From: a virus | DNA length: 64,000 nt | Strand: one strand, 5' to 3' | IMG/VR virus record: IMGVR_UViG_3300031088_000737 | Span: 117,271 to 181,270 of that record | Shown here: in pieces, positions 1-10,736 of the stretch | How the letters are laid out: the number at the start of each line of letters is the position of its first letter | How positions within the stretch are numbered: position 1 is the first letter of the stretch | Notes under the pieces: model-generated | The model's input: only the letters and a program-made list of their open reading frames with translations | Told to the model about the DNA's origin: nothing | Database searches by the model: none | Program-made: the position numbers and the translations under genes

Positions 1-1
1 T

Positions 2-208
2 ATTTCGCTTAGCTTCATTTTTCTGGTTGGTTGATGAGTGTGAACGAATCCAGTTCAACAAGGTAACACCGTAGATAAGGTAGTCTTTGGAAGGTAGTTT
101 TCCTTCCTTGGTGATGAAATCGACAGCCGCATCATACATTTTCTCCCAACGTTGATCGGGACTTAATGTATTATACTGTTCAGTGCTGAAGGTGGGGTTT
201 AAGTCCAT
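2..208 (-). CDS. Partial gene running off the window edge, with a helicase-associated (HA)-like domain
   Basis: Hand translation MDLNPTF...QRWEKMYDAAVDFITKEGKLPSKDYLIYGVNLLNWIRSH; the W..Y...F...G..P...G..L..W pattern fits HA repeats; GAGGA SD upstream. Confidence 0.55.
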   Translation of the reverse strand, partial: MDLNPTFSTEQYNTLSPDQRWEKMYDAAVDFITKEGKLPSKDYLIYGVTLLNWIRSHSSTNQKNEAKRN

Positions 209-408
209 TCAATTATCCTCTATGGTGTACAAGTCAGTCCGATTATACCACAAAGTTGAATAAATGGCAATCTATTATTTAATTACTATAATATTTATTC
301 AAGACTTATCACCTTTTTGTAAATACAAATGTTATTATATTTCAAAATGTTTGAAAGAGCGTTAAAGCAATGGTAAATTGTAGAGATAAGACAATAGGAG
401 ATTGTTGA

Positions 409-2277
409 ATGGAAGGTCATACCGCGTCACTTTTAAAAAATAAGAAATTTTTACCCTTATTTTTAACTCAATTTTTTGGGGCTTTTAATGATAACGTTTT
501 TAAAAATGCGTTAATCATGATGATAGTATTCAAATTGGCAACAGATACCAATTTATACGTTAACTTAGCTGCAGCTTTATTTATTTTACCCTTTTTCTTG
601 TTTTCAGCGGTGGCAGGTCAAATTGCTGATAAGTATGAAAAGTCTTTTGTGATTAAAGTTAACAAATTTATAGAAATTCTTATTATGTTGATGGCAACCA
701 TGTTCTTTTACATGAATAGTATCAATGGATTGATAGCTGTTTTATTCTTGATGGGAACACAATCAGCATTTTTTGGGCCTTTGAAATACAGTATTTTACC
801 ACAACACTTACATGAAAAAGAAATCATGGCAGCCAATGGATTTATTGAAATGGGTACATTCTTGGCTATCTTGCTGGGTACCATGTTAGGCGTTGGTTTA
901 ATTGCTCAACAAAATGGTGAAGGCTTGGTGTCAGTTGTTATTTTAGCGATTTCTGTTATAGGCTTTGTAACGAGCTTGTTTATTCCAAAAGCTCAATCAT
1001 TAAATACAGCCACTAAAATCAATTACAATATATTTACAGCAACTTCTGGTGTATTTAAAATTATGAAACAACAACAGAAATCAGTAGTGATGTCTATTTT
1101 TGCTGTTTCATGGTTTTGGTTCTTGGGAGCTGTTTATCTGACACAATTACCACAGTTTGTAAAAAGTGAACTTGGGTATTCTGAGTCTGTTGTCACCTTG
1201 TTTCTTGTGGTGTTCTCTGTTGGTATAGGTTTAGGCTCCATGTTGTGTGAACGTATCTCAAAAGATTACATTGAAGTCGGTTTAGTAGCTTTTGGTTCAT
1301 TTGGTATTACTTTGTTTGGTATCCTAATGTTTTTTGAAGTTCAAAGCTTTGATTCATTATCGTTGGTGGTCAACAATACATTATTAACATTAGAACAATT
1401 TAAGCAAGACCCAAGAAGTGTTTATCTTTGCACTTATCTATTCTGTATTGGATTATTTGGGGGGTTCTATACAGTTCCTTTGTATGCAATGATTCAAACC
1501 AGAACCATTAAAGAACATATGTCACGTATTATTGCTGCCAACAACATCTTGAACTCAATCTTTATGGTAGCATCTGCAATTGTGGCTATCATCTTATTAA
1601 AGTTCTTAAAGATTAGTCAGTTGTTTTTAGCCCTATCGTTGTTTAACTGGGTAGTTGCTTATTACATTTATAAGAAGATACCAGAATTCTATCTACGTTT
1701 TATGACATGGTTTGTGTTAACGTTCATGTATAGAATAAAAACACACAATCTTTCTCATGTGCCAAGTGAAGGAGCGGCAGTAATTGCAGTGAACCATGTA
1801 AGTTTTGTAGACGCTTTAATTATCACCAGTGAAATTAAAAGACCAATGAGATTTATCATGTATTACAAAATATTTAACATTCCAGTGTTGAATTGGTTGT
1901 TTAGACAAATGGGTGGTATCCCTATTGCGGGTATTAAAGAAGATCCTAAGATTTTGGAAGAATGTTATGTAAAGATAAAAGAAGCCTTGGAAAACGGTGA
2001 ATTAGTATGCATATTTCCAGAAGGAGCCATTACTTATGATGGTGAACTCAAAATTTTTAAGAGTGGTATTGAGAAGATTATCGAAGCAACGCCAGTTCCA
2101 GTTATTCCAGTCGCTATCAAAGGGGTATATGGTAGCATGTTTAGCAGAAAACATAAAGTGAGATTGCCTCGTAAATTCTTTAGACGAATTACAATTGAAA
2201 TAGGTAAACCGATACCAGCAGCAGATGCGAAAAAGCAAGTATTGTATGAAAAAGTTAAAGAGTTGATTGAAAAGTAA
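409..2277 (+). CDS. MFS lysophospholipid transporter fused to a PlsC-type acyltransferase (LplT/Aas-like)
   Basis: N-terminal TQFFGAFNDNVFK and about 12 TM segments; C-terminal NHVSFVD and FPEG acyltransferase motifs; AGGAG SD. Confidence 0.9.
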   Translation: MEGHTASLLKNKKFLPLFLTQFFGAFNDNVFKNALIMMIVFKLATDTNLYVNLAAALFILPFFLFSAVAGQIADKYEKSFVIKVNKFIEILIMLMATMFFYMNSINGLIAVLFLMGTQSAFFGPLKYSILPQHLHEKEIMAANGFIEMGTFLAILLGTMLGVGLIAQQNGEGLVSVVILAISVIGFVTSLFIPKAQSLNTATKINYNIFTATSGVFKIMKQQQKSVVMSIFAVSWFWFLGAVYLTQLPQFVKSELGYSESVVTLFLVVFSVGIGLGSMLCERISKDYIEVGLVAFGSFGITLFGILMFFEVQSFDSLSLVVNNTLLTLEQFKQDPRSVYLCTYLFCIGLFGGFYTVPLYAMIQTRTIKEHMSRIIAANNILNSIFMVASAIVAIILLKFLKISQLFLALSLFNWVVAYYIYKKIPEFYLRFMTWFVLTFMYRIKTHNLSHVPSEGAAVIAVNHVSFVDALIITSEIKRPMRFIMYYKIFNIPVLNWLFRQMGGIPIAGIKEDPKILEECYVKIKEALENGELVCIFPEGAITYDGELKIFKSGIEKIIEATPVPVIPVAIKGVYGSMFSRKHKVRLPRKFFRRITIEIGKPIPAADAKKQVLYEKVKELIEK

Positions 2278-2280
2278 GAT

Positions 2281-2309
2281 AAAAAAAAGAACCTTCGGGT
2301 TCTTTTTTT
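2281..2309. terminator. Bidirectional intrinsic terminator
   Basis: AAAAAAAAGAACC-TTCG-GGTTCTTTTTTT between convergent genes. Confidence 0.9.
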
Positions 2310-2322
2310 GTTGACTTAATTC

Positions 2323-2757
2323 TTAATAATAGACACCATTAAAACCTAAGACGCATTTTACTGCGGGATTTTTATCAAGATAGTTCTGATTGTGTTCTTC
2401 GGCTGGATGAAATCTTTCCATTCTTAGAATCTTTGTTTTCGATTCACCAACACGCCCAGCGAGTTTTATCTTTTGGTTAAATCTATTCAATGCCATCACC
2501 ATACTGGATTGATGATCAATGTTGGTGTAGAAAATATAACTTTGATATTTTTCAGGAATTTCTTTTAAGATGAATGAGTGATTTTCAAAAAATGTTCCCA
2601 AGTAATGATCGAGATCTTTTAATGATGAGTAAGTAATTTCAAGTAGTTCTATTCCATCTGGATTGTAACCAACTCGTGTCTCTAATGTGGGATAATTGTT
2701 TTTAAATATGTATTGCGAACTCCAAAAGCATCCCATTCCTAAATATAATTTATCCAT
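2323..2757 (-). CDS. msrA: Peptide methionine sulfoxide reductase A, shortened
   Basis: GMGCFW catalytic motif, TRVGY, FHPAEEHNQNYL. Confidence 0.8.
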   Translation of the reverse strand: MDKLYLGMGCFWSSQYIFKNNYPTLETRVGYNPDGIELLEITYSSLKDLDHYLGTFFENHSFILKEIPEKYQSYIFYTNIDHQSSMVMALNRFNQKIKLAGRVGESKTKILRMERFHPAEEHNQNYLDKNPAVKCVLGFNGVYY

Positions 2758-2861
2758 TGTGAGCCTCCTTATGGTTTTAATACTATTATACTCGATATAA
2801 AAACCTTTACAAACAAACGCATATAGTGTATTGTAAGCAATTAATACAAAAGGAGGATATC

Positions 2862-3302
2862 ATGTCATTAAAAGATGAAATAACACAAGCACGAGTTAAA
2901 GCGTTGAGAGAAAAAGACAACCTCACAAAAACAGCGGTTGGCTATATCCTTGCAGCGATTAAACAAAAAGAAGTAGACACTAAGAAAGAAGTCACTGATG
3001 CTGATGTCATTAGTATTTTGAAAACACTCATACGTCAACGTAAAGACGCTATTGAAGAATACAAAGACATTAAGGAATTGGTTGAAAAAGACTCAGCAGA
3101 AATTGAACTGTTGTCTAAATACATGCCAACACAATTAAGTGATGAAGATGTATTAGCTATCATTCGGGCTGGTATTGTACAAGCTAAATCTGAAAATCCT
3201 GTTATTGCTTTTGGTGATGTAATGAAATTAATCAAAAGTCAATTGAATGGTAAAACAGACATGAGTAAAGTTAAAGGGATGGTTGAAAAAGAACTTGGTT
3301 AA
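2862..3302 (+). CDS. GatB/YqeY domain protein
   Basis: SLKDEI...ALREKD...ILAAIKQKEVD...KQRKDAIEEY...EIELLSKYMP...FGDVMK...DMSKV; start set at the ATG after AGGAGG. Confidence 0.85.
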   Translation: MSLKDEITQARVKALREKDNLTKTAVGYILAAIKQKEVDTKKEVTDADVISILKTLIRQRKDAIEEYKDIKELVEKDSAEIELLSKYMPTQLSDEDVLAIIRAGIVQAKSENPVIAFGDVMKLIKSQLNGKTDMSKVKGMVEKELG

Positions 3303-3324
3303 CAAGTTCTTTTTTTTTACTAGA

Positions 3325-4167
3325 TTATTTTTTAAATGTTATATCCACAAAGTCATCCGATTTGCAGGCTTTTGCTAGGTCTATGTTTTTAATTTCTTTG
3401 TAGTTGTTTAATGTCTTGTCTCCTACAGTCACAGAACTCCATCCAACATTTTTTTCTTTTTTAATAAAATCAATACAATTAAAATCAGCTTCAACGTGTG
3501 TGTATTTAACTTCAAATGCATTACTGGATGTTCCTGATATTAACACTTCTCCGTCCCAATTGTTCATTATCGTTTTATCAGCTATCGTCATTGTGTTTGG
3601 AATTAGTCCTTCTTTAATGGCCGTGGCATTGTCTAATTTAAAGTTTCCTTTTTGTTTATAGATGTCATTTATATTTTTGTATAAAGCTGAGACATGTTCA
3701 GATTCGTGTTGGACATTGAGTTTATCTTTAACAGTTCCATATACTGTTATGGTTATTGCAATCAATCCAACAATTAAAAAAATCAACATCATCATCGGCA
3801 CCATACTAGCTTGTGGGCTAACGAGATATTTACCAGCTTCTTCTGGTGTGTCACACCATTTAATTTGTTCAATGGCGGCTTGATTAGGAGTTAATCCTTT
3901 AACAAAGGCTTCCTCTAGCGTATTAATATCTTCTGGTGATAAGTCAGGTGAAATTGTTTTGTTTGATGACATGTCTTGGTATGTTTCAAGAACCTTAGCT
4001 AACATTTCAGAGTCTTCTTTATACATCATCTTTAATATTAAGGTAGGTTTTAATAAGAATGCATTCAATGTTTTAGCATCAGGAATCAAAAGATGTTCTT
4101 CAAATTCTATTAACAATGTTAATTTGTGTTTGGCGTCGTTTAGCCAGATATCTTTTTCAGTGGTCAT
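3325..4167 (-). CDS. Membrane-anchored protein with a PilS/type IVb pilin-like C-terminal domain
   Basis: TM helix MVPMMMLIFLIVGLI followed by LIPNTM...NNWDGEVLI...FEVKYTHV...C...ACK...ITF. Confidence 0.55.
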   Translation of the reverse strand: MTTEKDIWLNDAKHKLTLLIEFEEHLLIPDAKTLNAFLLKPTLILKMMYKEDSEMLAKVLETYQDMSSNKTISPDLSPEDINTLEEAFVKGLTPNQAAIEQIKWCDTPEEAGKYLVSPQASMVPMMMLIFLIVGLIAITITVYGTVKDKLNVQHESEHVSALYKNINDIYKQKGNFKLDNATAIKEGLIPNTMTIADKTIMNNWDGEVLISGTSSNAFEVKYTHVEADFNCIDFIKKEKNVGWSSVTVGDKTLNNYKEIKNIDLAKACKSDDFVDITFKK

Positions 4168-4274
4168 AGATTAGTTACCTTTTTTTAGTATTTAATCATT
4201 CGCCAAAAAACTGTCAACTTTATTAAAAAAAAAGAGCCATCGCTGGCTCTCTTTTATGTTACTTGACTACCTGA

Positions 4275-6551
4275 TTACTCAGTTGTTGCTGCTTTGGTTC
4301 TTGAACGGCGTGTGGTGGTTTTCTTAGCCACTTCACAGCCGATGACAAATTCAACTTTGCCATCTTTCATCACTGCTTGAATAACTGAATTTTCAGGCAA
4401 TTGAGTGAATGTTACAAGCTTGGCAAGTGGCAGAGCAATAAGCTCTTTCACAATACGAGCCACTGGACGGGCACCCATTGCTGGTTCATAACCCTTCACT
4501 GACAATTCATCCAATACTGCAGTTTCAATTTCAAGTGTAAAGCCTTTCTTTGCCGCTTCCGCATAGATTGGAGCAAGGTTTTTGTTAACGATGTTCAAGA
4601 TCATGTCTTTATCAATCGCTTTAAACTCGACCATACCATCAAGACGGTTACGGAACTCAGGAGCAAAGATTTTATTCACTTGTTCCCAGTTTACCAAGCT
4701 GCTAACCGCTTCTTTGTTTTGTACAAAACCGATACCGTTTTTCTCTTGTGAAGACAACTTGATACCTGCGTTTGAAGTCATGATAATCAGCGTATTACGG
4801 AAGTCAATCTTACGACCTTCTGAGTCCGTCATGAAGCCATAATCAAGCACTTGCAAGAAAGCGTTGAACACATCAGGGTTAGCCTTTTCAAATTCATCCA
4901 AAAGGATAACAGAGTAAGGGTTTTTGTTAACTTGCTCAGTAAGCAAACCACCTTTACCATGACCGATATAACCAGCCGGGGCACCAATCAACTTAGAAAC
5001 AGTGTGAGCTTCCATGTATTCTGACATGTCAAAACGTAGCAAGCTCATGTTCATTTCTTTCGCCAGTTGTTTAGCCAACTCAGTTTTACCAACACCAGTA
5101 GGGCCGATGAACAAGTAAGAACCGATAGGTTTATCAACAGAGCCAAAACCACTTTTGTTCAATACGATAGCATCAACAATCTTTTCAACAGCACCATCTT
5201 GACCGAAAATTTGTTTCTTAATGTTGGTATCAAGATTTTTCAATTGTTCGCTCAATACACCTTCAACTTCTTTCACCGGCTGTTTAGCCATTTTAGAGAT
5301 AACTTCTTCTACAAGAGCAACAGTTACCACTTTTTCAGTCATACGAAGTTTTGCATATGCACCTGTTTCATCAAGCACGTCAATCGCTTTGTCAGGGAAT
5401 TTCTTGTTGTGCAAGAAACGAGCTGATAGGTTCACAATACTCGCAATGGCTGCATCATCATACGTCACACCATGACCTTTTTCGTATTGACCTTTAACTT
5501 GCTTCAACACATGCAAGGTAGCTTCTGGTGAAAGTTCATCCAAATCAACCTTGTTGAAACGGCGAGAAAGAGCTGAGTTTTTCTCAAAAACCTGACGATA
5601 TTCCTCAGTGGTTGTAGCACCGATGCAGCGAATTTTACCAGAAGACAAGTAAGGCTTCAATGTGTTACCAATGTCCATACCACCTTCTGACTTACCAGAG
5701 CTGATAATGCTATGGATTTCGTCAATGAAAAGAATAGTGTTGTTGTTAGAAACAGCATCAATAATCTTTTTAACACGATCTTCCAAATCACCACGGAATT
5801 TTGTACCCGCAACCATACCGTTCACATCAAGAGAAAGCACTTTAAAACCTTTCAACGAGTCGTGAATGTTACCAGCCGCAATTTTTTGAGCCAAACCTTC
5901 AACCACAGCAGTTTTACCAACACCTGCATCACCAACGATGATTGGGTTGTTTTTCTTACGGCGTGAAAGAATTTCTTCAATACGATCAACTTCTTCGACA
6001 CGACCGATCATTGGTTCAAGTTTACCTTGTGCCGCTTGTTCAGTAAGGTCAGTCACAAAAGAACGAATCAATTGACTAACGTTGGTGTTGGTACCATGAC
6101 GATCTTCTTCCATAACCGCTTTGCTACGTTGGTTATCGTATTCTACCAGTTGTTCAATGTTAACGTTGCTCTTAGTCAAAGCTTCTTGGGCTGGCAAGTG
6201 TGATGTTTCAAGAATAGTAATCAACAAGTCGATTTCATCAAGTTCATTACGACCACTACTCAAAATTTTCATAATGGTACGTTGCATTGCTTTTTCCATT
6301 GTCGCAGAATGCTTAAGTTCTTTACTTAGTGTGCGAGGTTTGTTAGTATCAACAGTTGCCTTCAAGTTGCTTTTGAGTTCATGTACGTTGATTTTGTTGT
6401 TATTAAGGATATTTCGGAATTCTGTACTTAAGTCAACCATTTTAAGTATGAGATATTCAGGAGACAGGAGGCCGTTATTCTCTTCGAATACTTGACCACG
6501 GATTGCTTCAAAAATTTTAATTAGGCTTTCGGACATATTAGCATTGCTCAT
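4275..6551 (-). CDS. clpA: ATP-dependent Clp protease ATP-binding subunit, ClpA-like
   Basis: Two AAA+ modules ([15 protein letters not shown] and [16 protein letters not shown]), RRKKNNP, DMSEYME, GYIG, GARP; start at the ATG after AGGAG. Confidence 0.93.
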   Translation of the reverse strand: MSNANMSESLIKIFEAIRGQVFEENNGLLSPEYLILKMVDLSTEFRNILNNNKINVHELKSNLKATVDTNKPRTLSKELKHSATMEKAMQRTIMKILSSGRNELDEIDLLITILETSHLPAQEALTKSNVNIEQLVEYDNQRSKAVMEEDRHGTNTNVSQLIRSFVTDLTEQAAQGKLEPMIGRVEEVDRIEEILSRRKKNNPIIVGDAGVGKTAVVEGLAQKIAAGNIHDSLKGFKVLSLDVNGMVAGTKFRGDLEDRVKKIIDAVSNNNTILFIDEIHSIISSGKSEGGMDIGNTLKPYLSSGKIRCIGATTTEEYRQVFEKNSALSRRFNKVDLDELSPEATLHVLKQVKGQYEKGHGVTYDDAAIASIVNLSARFLHNKKFPDKAIDVLDETGAYAKLRMTEKVVTVALVEEVISKMAKQPVKEVEGVLSEQLKNLDTNIKKQIFGQDGAVEKIVDAIVLNKSGFGSVDKPIGSYLFIGPTGVGKTELAKQLAKEMNMSLLRFDMSEYMEAHTVSKLIGAPAGYIGHGKGGLLTEQVNKNPYSVILLDEFEKANPDVFNAFLQVLDYGFMTDSEGRKIDFRNTLIIMTSNAGIKLSSQEKNGIGFVQNKEAVSSLVNWEQVNKIFAPEFRNRLDGMVEFKAIDKDMILNIVNKNLAPIYAEAAKKGFTLEIETAVLDELSVKGYEPAMGARPVARIVKELIALPLAKLVTFTQLPENSVIQAVMKDGKVEFVIGCEVAKKTTTRRSRTKAATTE

Positions 6552-6799
6552 AGAATCTCCTTTTGTTTTCAATTCTTTCCGCTATTATATGATAGAAAAA
6601 TCACATATGTCAATCTTTTTTTTCAATTCATTTTATATCATTCCATGCTATATATAGAAGAAGAAAAATATGAACTAGACAGATCCTCTTCTTTTTCCCT
6701 TTTATAAAATATTTTTAAAAATTAAGTATTAAAGTATTGTCTTAGTTTAACTGTTGTGTTAGAATAGCCTCACTAAATTAGAAATCAGGAGTAATTAGT

Positions 6800-7186
6800 A
6801 TGAACACAGAAAATAACAACATCGACATCGAAGAACTTGAAGACACCATTGCTGAATTTGAAGCTGGCATTAAAGATGAACGTGGTCCAACCCGTAGACA
6901 ACTGGCTAAAATTGAATCTGATTACTCAGATGTGTTAAAAGGTGATGTTGATAACATTGATGATGAAAGTGAAATGAGTGCAGAAGATAAAGCTCTCATG
7001 AAACGAATTTCAAAATACATTGAAAACGTAAGACTGGGTAATCGTATCACATCATCTGAATACGTGCATGTTCGTAAATCACGCGAGGATGATGAAGACG
7101 ATGGTGAAGTAAAAGAGCTTGACTGCAACTTTGATCGTAATGCAGGTCGCCATTTGTCAAGAATGGATCGTATGTTCGATGAGTAA
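6800..7186 (+). CDS. Hypothetical acidic protein
   Basis: ORF with AGGAG SD, ends at a terminator. Confidence 0.7.
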   Translation: MNTENNNIDIEELEDTIAEFEAGIKDERGPTRRQLAKIESDYSDVLKGDVDNIDDESEMSAEDKALMKRISKYIENVRLGNRITSSEYVHVRKSREDDEDDGEVKELDCNFDRNAGRHLSRMDRMFDE

Positions 7187-7202
7187 ATATTCCTGAAATT
7201 TT

Positions 7203-7227
7203 AAAGAGGCTTCGGCCTCTTTTTTTT
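7203..7227. terminator. Bidirectional intrinsic terminator
   Basis: AAAGAGGC-TTCG-GCCTCTTTTTTT. Confidence 0.85.
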
Positions 7228-7963
7228 ATCTTTCAATTTTGTAAACGTCAAGTTCAGCATTTGTTAACGTTTCAAATTTTTTGTTATGCTTGTCAATGTA
7301 ATCCGTTAAACCTTTGATATCATACAAATGATTATTATAGTTGAGCACATCCATCTGTATTGGTGTTTTATGATATCCTAAATTGATTTGATTGGGTTTA
7401 TTTATTTTGAAAATTTCTACCAAATTATCAATGATTTTTTGAGGATCTTCAATCGAATCTGATATTCTTTTTGTAATCACTCTGTTAGTGGTTATATAAT
7501 GTTTGTATTCTTCTGGTATGGTTAATGGCTTGTTGTGGTAGTGCCATTCTTGACAAATTTCGTCAACAGTAAAAAATACAGTGAGTATGATTCTAGCAAT
7601 AGCAAACATTAATATAGCAAAATTGAGAACAAACATTATTCCAGTTACATGATACATAGAGAAAGCCACTGTAAAATATACACCAAATTCAACAACCTTT
7701 AAAATGTTAAATCCTAAAATTTCAGTCATCGCTGCTTTTAATTTTTCAGGATAAACTGAAATCACTCGGTGTCTTAATGAAATATGAAGATCATGCAGTC
7801 TAAATAAGACATCAATTCCGTAAAAACCACACAAAACCCATACAAATAAATTAATCTTTTCTCCATCTATACAAGAAATTGCAGCCAAAAATAAAGCTCC
7901 ACTGATGATGGTATTGTATATATATTTGTTGTTAAAGTATAACATGCTTGTTTCTTTCGTCAT
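7226..7963 (-). CDS. Multi-pass membrane protein; C-terminal domain resembles those of 45967, 46650 and 56741
   Basis: About 4 hydrophobic segments; tail LTDYIDKHNKKFETLTNAELDVYKIER. Confidence 0.65.
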   Translation of the reverse strand: MTKETSMLYFNNKYIYNTIISGALFLAAISCIDGEKINLFVWVLCGFYGIDVLFRLHDLHISLRHRVISVYPEKLKAAMTEILGFNILKVVEFGVYFTVAFSMYHVTGIMFVLNFAILMFAIARIILTVFFTVDEICQEWHYHNKPLTIPEEYKHYITTNRVITKRISDSIEDPQKIIDNLVEIFKINKPNQINLGYHKTPIQMDVLNYNNHLYDIKGLTDYIDKHNKKFETLTNAELDVYKIER

Positions 7964-8057
7964 TAGGAAGACTCCTTTAATAATCATTTATTGTAGCCTT
8001 CCTAATTTAAAAGTCAAAAAAAGCCTACGAATAGGCTTTTGTTTTATTTTACATGTA

Positions 8058-8351
8058 TTAATCAACTTCTTTTTTGATAACTTCACCTGTTGCAGCGTTG
8101 ATTTTAACATTGAAGTCTGCTTTGTTAGCGTCTACTAAATCGACATCATAAACATAAATACCGTTATCAAGATCGAGTTCAGTTGATTCTACAGTTGTAC
8201 CGGGATATTGTTTGATGGCAATATCATTGAGTTCTTTAACATCTTTGATGGTTCCACTTTCTCGTAGTTTTATCGCTTCTGAATCGCTGACATCTGCAAA
8301 TGCTACACCTGAAACCATGATTGCTGCTAACGCTAGTATGATCTTTTTCAT
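8058..8351 (-). CDS. PepSY domain secreted protein
   Basis: Signal peptide; YPGTTVESTELD..GIYVYDVDL...VKINAATGEVI. Confidence 0.85.
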   Translation of the reverse strand: MKKIILALAAIMVSGVAFADVSDSEAIKLRESGTIKDVKELNDIAIKQYPGTTVESTELDLDNGIYVYDVDLVDANKADFNVKINAATGEVIKKEVD

Positions 8352-8553
8352 AGGATATCCTCCGGTTAATTGTTATATATCATACATGAAAAAACACAAA
8401 AATCAAGTTTTTGGATGGAATTTAACAATATGGTTAAGGTTTGATATTATGTTTTTAGATAGTTTACAGGATAACATCATTAAAAAATAATTCGCTTTCT
8501 TTTTATCTTCTGTATGCTATGATGAAAATAAAGTCAACTATATTTTAAAACTC

Positions 8554-8763
8554 ATGCATACGATACATATAGAAAAAAGTTTACAGCAGCAACACATTTG
8601 CGAAAAATTCCTCAATTCGGTTAGCCACAATCATCCAGAACTTCAACTTGCTTACTCTTATGAACAATCCACAGACCTTTCAGTGGTCTTTGAAATCAAC
8701 TTCTCTTTGGAACATCCAGCTTTGGCAGAAGAGTTAGTTAAAAAACTATACGGCATAAATTGA
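8554..8763 (+). CDS. Small hypothetical protein
   Basis: 69-aa ORF; weak SD. Confidence 0.45.
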   Translation: MHTIHIEKSLQQQHICEKFLNSVSHNHPELQLAYSYEQSTDLSVVFEINFSLEHPALAEELVKKLYGIN

Positions 8764-8813
8764 CTTTTATTCTTTATAAATTAAACTAATAAAATATATT
8801 TCAGGAGAATTTT

Positions 8814-9881
8814 ATGAGAAAAACAATTTTGGCACTCGCTATATTGAGTGGCATCTCTTTACAAGCGAATGCTCAATTGTCTGGTGATGATTTAATGGAT
8901 ATTACAGATATTCTTAATGATACACCTACCGCAACTGCAAAAACACCAGAAAAAACAAAACCTGTTGAACAGAAAAAAGCGGAGCCTGTCAAAGCAGAAA
9001 AGAAAACCACTACACCTGTAGTCGAAACAAAAACTTCAAAACCAGAAACAACTGCAGTGACAGATAAAGATGTAAAACCTGCTGATGTCCCTGTTGTTGA
9101 AAAGTCCAAAACTAAACCAACACTTGTCGTTCCTGTTTCTGCTACTAATTTTGTCTTGAATGTTAAACGATTAAACAAAAGTATCATCACTAAAACATTG
9201 AGTAAAGATGAAATTGGATTAGGTTTAATGACTGATGTCGCTAATGACCATAAAACAGATAAAGAGGTTGTCGAGTTTATTGATGAAGCAAACAAAAATA
9301 AACTGGTTAGTTTTTCAAACTTTGTTGAAGAACCTAGTGTTTATGTAGGTAGTAAGACGACTGTTGATAAAGAAACAGGAAAAGCAACAGTTAAAGAAGA
9401 ATTGGGTACGTTAGTCTATGGTTATGGATATATTGTTCAAATCAAAGAATATGATAAGAAAAATAATAGAGTTTCTATTCGTTTAGATTACACTAACAAA
9501 GCAATTTCTTCTTATGAAGAACATGAGGTTGTTACTACCGAAGGTGTTTTAACTAAAGTGAAGATCCCTGTTATAAAAACATCTGTTACATCTAACGTAT
9601 TCTGGATTAAACTCGAAACAGATTCCAAACAATCTATAAAAGTAGATGACAAACATTATTTAGATATTACAATGGGTCGTGTGTTACCTTATGTTAAACC
9701 TGTTATTGCTGTTGACTTCAAAAAGATGGCGGCAGATGAAAAAGCAGCTAAGGAAGCAGAAATTAAAGCAAAACAAGATAAGATAAAAGCGGATGCGGCT
9801 GCAAAAGAAGCTGCAAAGTTAGAAGCCATTAAAGCAGAAAACAGTTTATATGATGATTTAGAAAAAGATTTGAAAAAATAA
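8814..9881 (+). CDS. Secreted/periplasmic hypothetical protein with a K/T/P-rich linker and an Ala/Lys-rich coiled tail
   Basis: Signal peptide MRKTILALAILSGISLQANA; AGGAG SD; terminator follows. Confidence 0.75.
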   Translation: MRKTILALAILSGISLQANAQLSGDDLMDITDILNDTPTATAKTPEKTKPVEQKKAEPVKAEKKTTTPVVETKTSKPETTAVTDKDVKPADVPVVEKSKTKPTLVVPVSATNFVLNVKRLNKSIITKTLSKDEIGLGLMTDVANDHKTDKEVVEFIDEANKNKLVSFSNFVEEPSVYVGSKTTVDKETGKATVKEELGTLVYGYGYIVQIKEYDKKNNRVSIRLDYTNKAISSYEEHEVVTTEGVLTKVKIPVIKTSVTSNVFWIKLETDSKQSIKVDDKHYLDITMGRVLPYVKPVIAVDFKKMAADEKAAKEAEIKAKQDKIKADAAAKEAAKLEAIKAENSLYDDLEKDLKK

Positions 9882-9950
9882 AATAATCGATAATAGAAAA
9901 ATAAGCCTGATGGCTTATTTTTTTTGTCTTAAAATTAATATTTTCTATTT

Positions 9951-10661
9951 TTAGTAAGTGAATTTTAGTTGAAAATTAAGGCCACTGGTTTTCAATCCAG
10001 CATCTTTATTAGCTGAGTAATCATCAGCAAAAGATAAGTTTGATAATGCATAAGTAGCAATAAAACTTAAGTTATCAACCTTTGTAATATTGTTTTTATA
10101 ATAAAGTCCCGACTCTTGTATTTTCTCAGTTGCCAATTGTGACTCTTTGGTATACAAACCAACATATTCATTTTTATCCAAGCTATAAAACATATCTAAA
10201 TAGGTTAATGGGATAGTAGAATTAAGTGATTCAGATCCTAATTGAGCTGTTTCAATTTCTCCAACATACTGTCTAAGACCACCACCTAAATTGACACCAA
10301 AATTGTAATTATCTGCAAATAAAGTGTAATAACTGACTGCATCACCATATTGAAGGTTAACATCAACAAAGTTAGCTTGGTTATTGATGTAGTTTGCGTT
10401 AACTTCACCGTAATTAGTTGAATAGGCATTACTGGTGTATTCTAATTTCAAATTAGGCATACCAACTTTTGTTTTGAGATCAAGGTAGAATGATTGAGCA
10501 ATGGTGTTGTAACTTAATTTTGAATTACTGGTACCTTGTGCAGTGACATTACTTAAATTGGTTGCAGCCCCACCTTCCACTTGAATGGAATCATCAGCCA
10601 TTGCGACCGTTGACAATAATCCAGCTATCGCTGCTGGTAATATTAATTTTAGGCTAAACAT
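9951..10661 (-). CDS. Outer-membrane beta-barrel protein (TIGR04219-like)
   Basis: Signal peptide, MPNLKLEYT, D.VSYYTL, alternating strands, C-terminal FQLKFTY beta-signal. Confidence 0.65.
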   Translation of the reverse strand: MFSLKLILPAAIAGLLSTVAMADDSIQVEGGAATNLSNVTAQGTSNSKLSYNTIAQSFYLDLKTKVGMPNLKLEYTSNAYSTNYGEVNANYINNQANFVDVNLQYGDAVSYYTLFADNYNFGVNLGGGLRQYVGEIETAQLGSESLNSTIPLTYLDMFYSLDKNEYVGLYTKESQLATEKIQESGLYYKNNITKVDNLSFIATYALSNLSFADDYSANKDAGLKTSGLNFQLKFTY

Positions 10662-10736
10662 GGTTTACTCTTTTTATTTGTTTTTACATAGTAGACCAAA
10701 AAAAGTTATAAATCAACGTTATATGTCGTTTTTTTA

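Noticed and set aside
4582-6495. Multiple plus-strand ORFs inside clpA (and similar nested ORFs in coaD-coaE, cobB and others)
   Set aside because: Typical antisense open frames of a codon-biased gene; no SDs or motifs.
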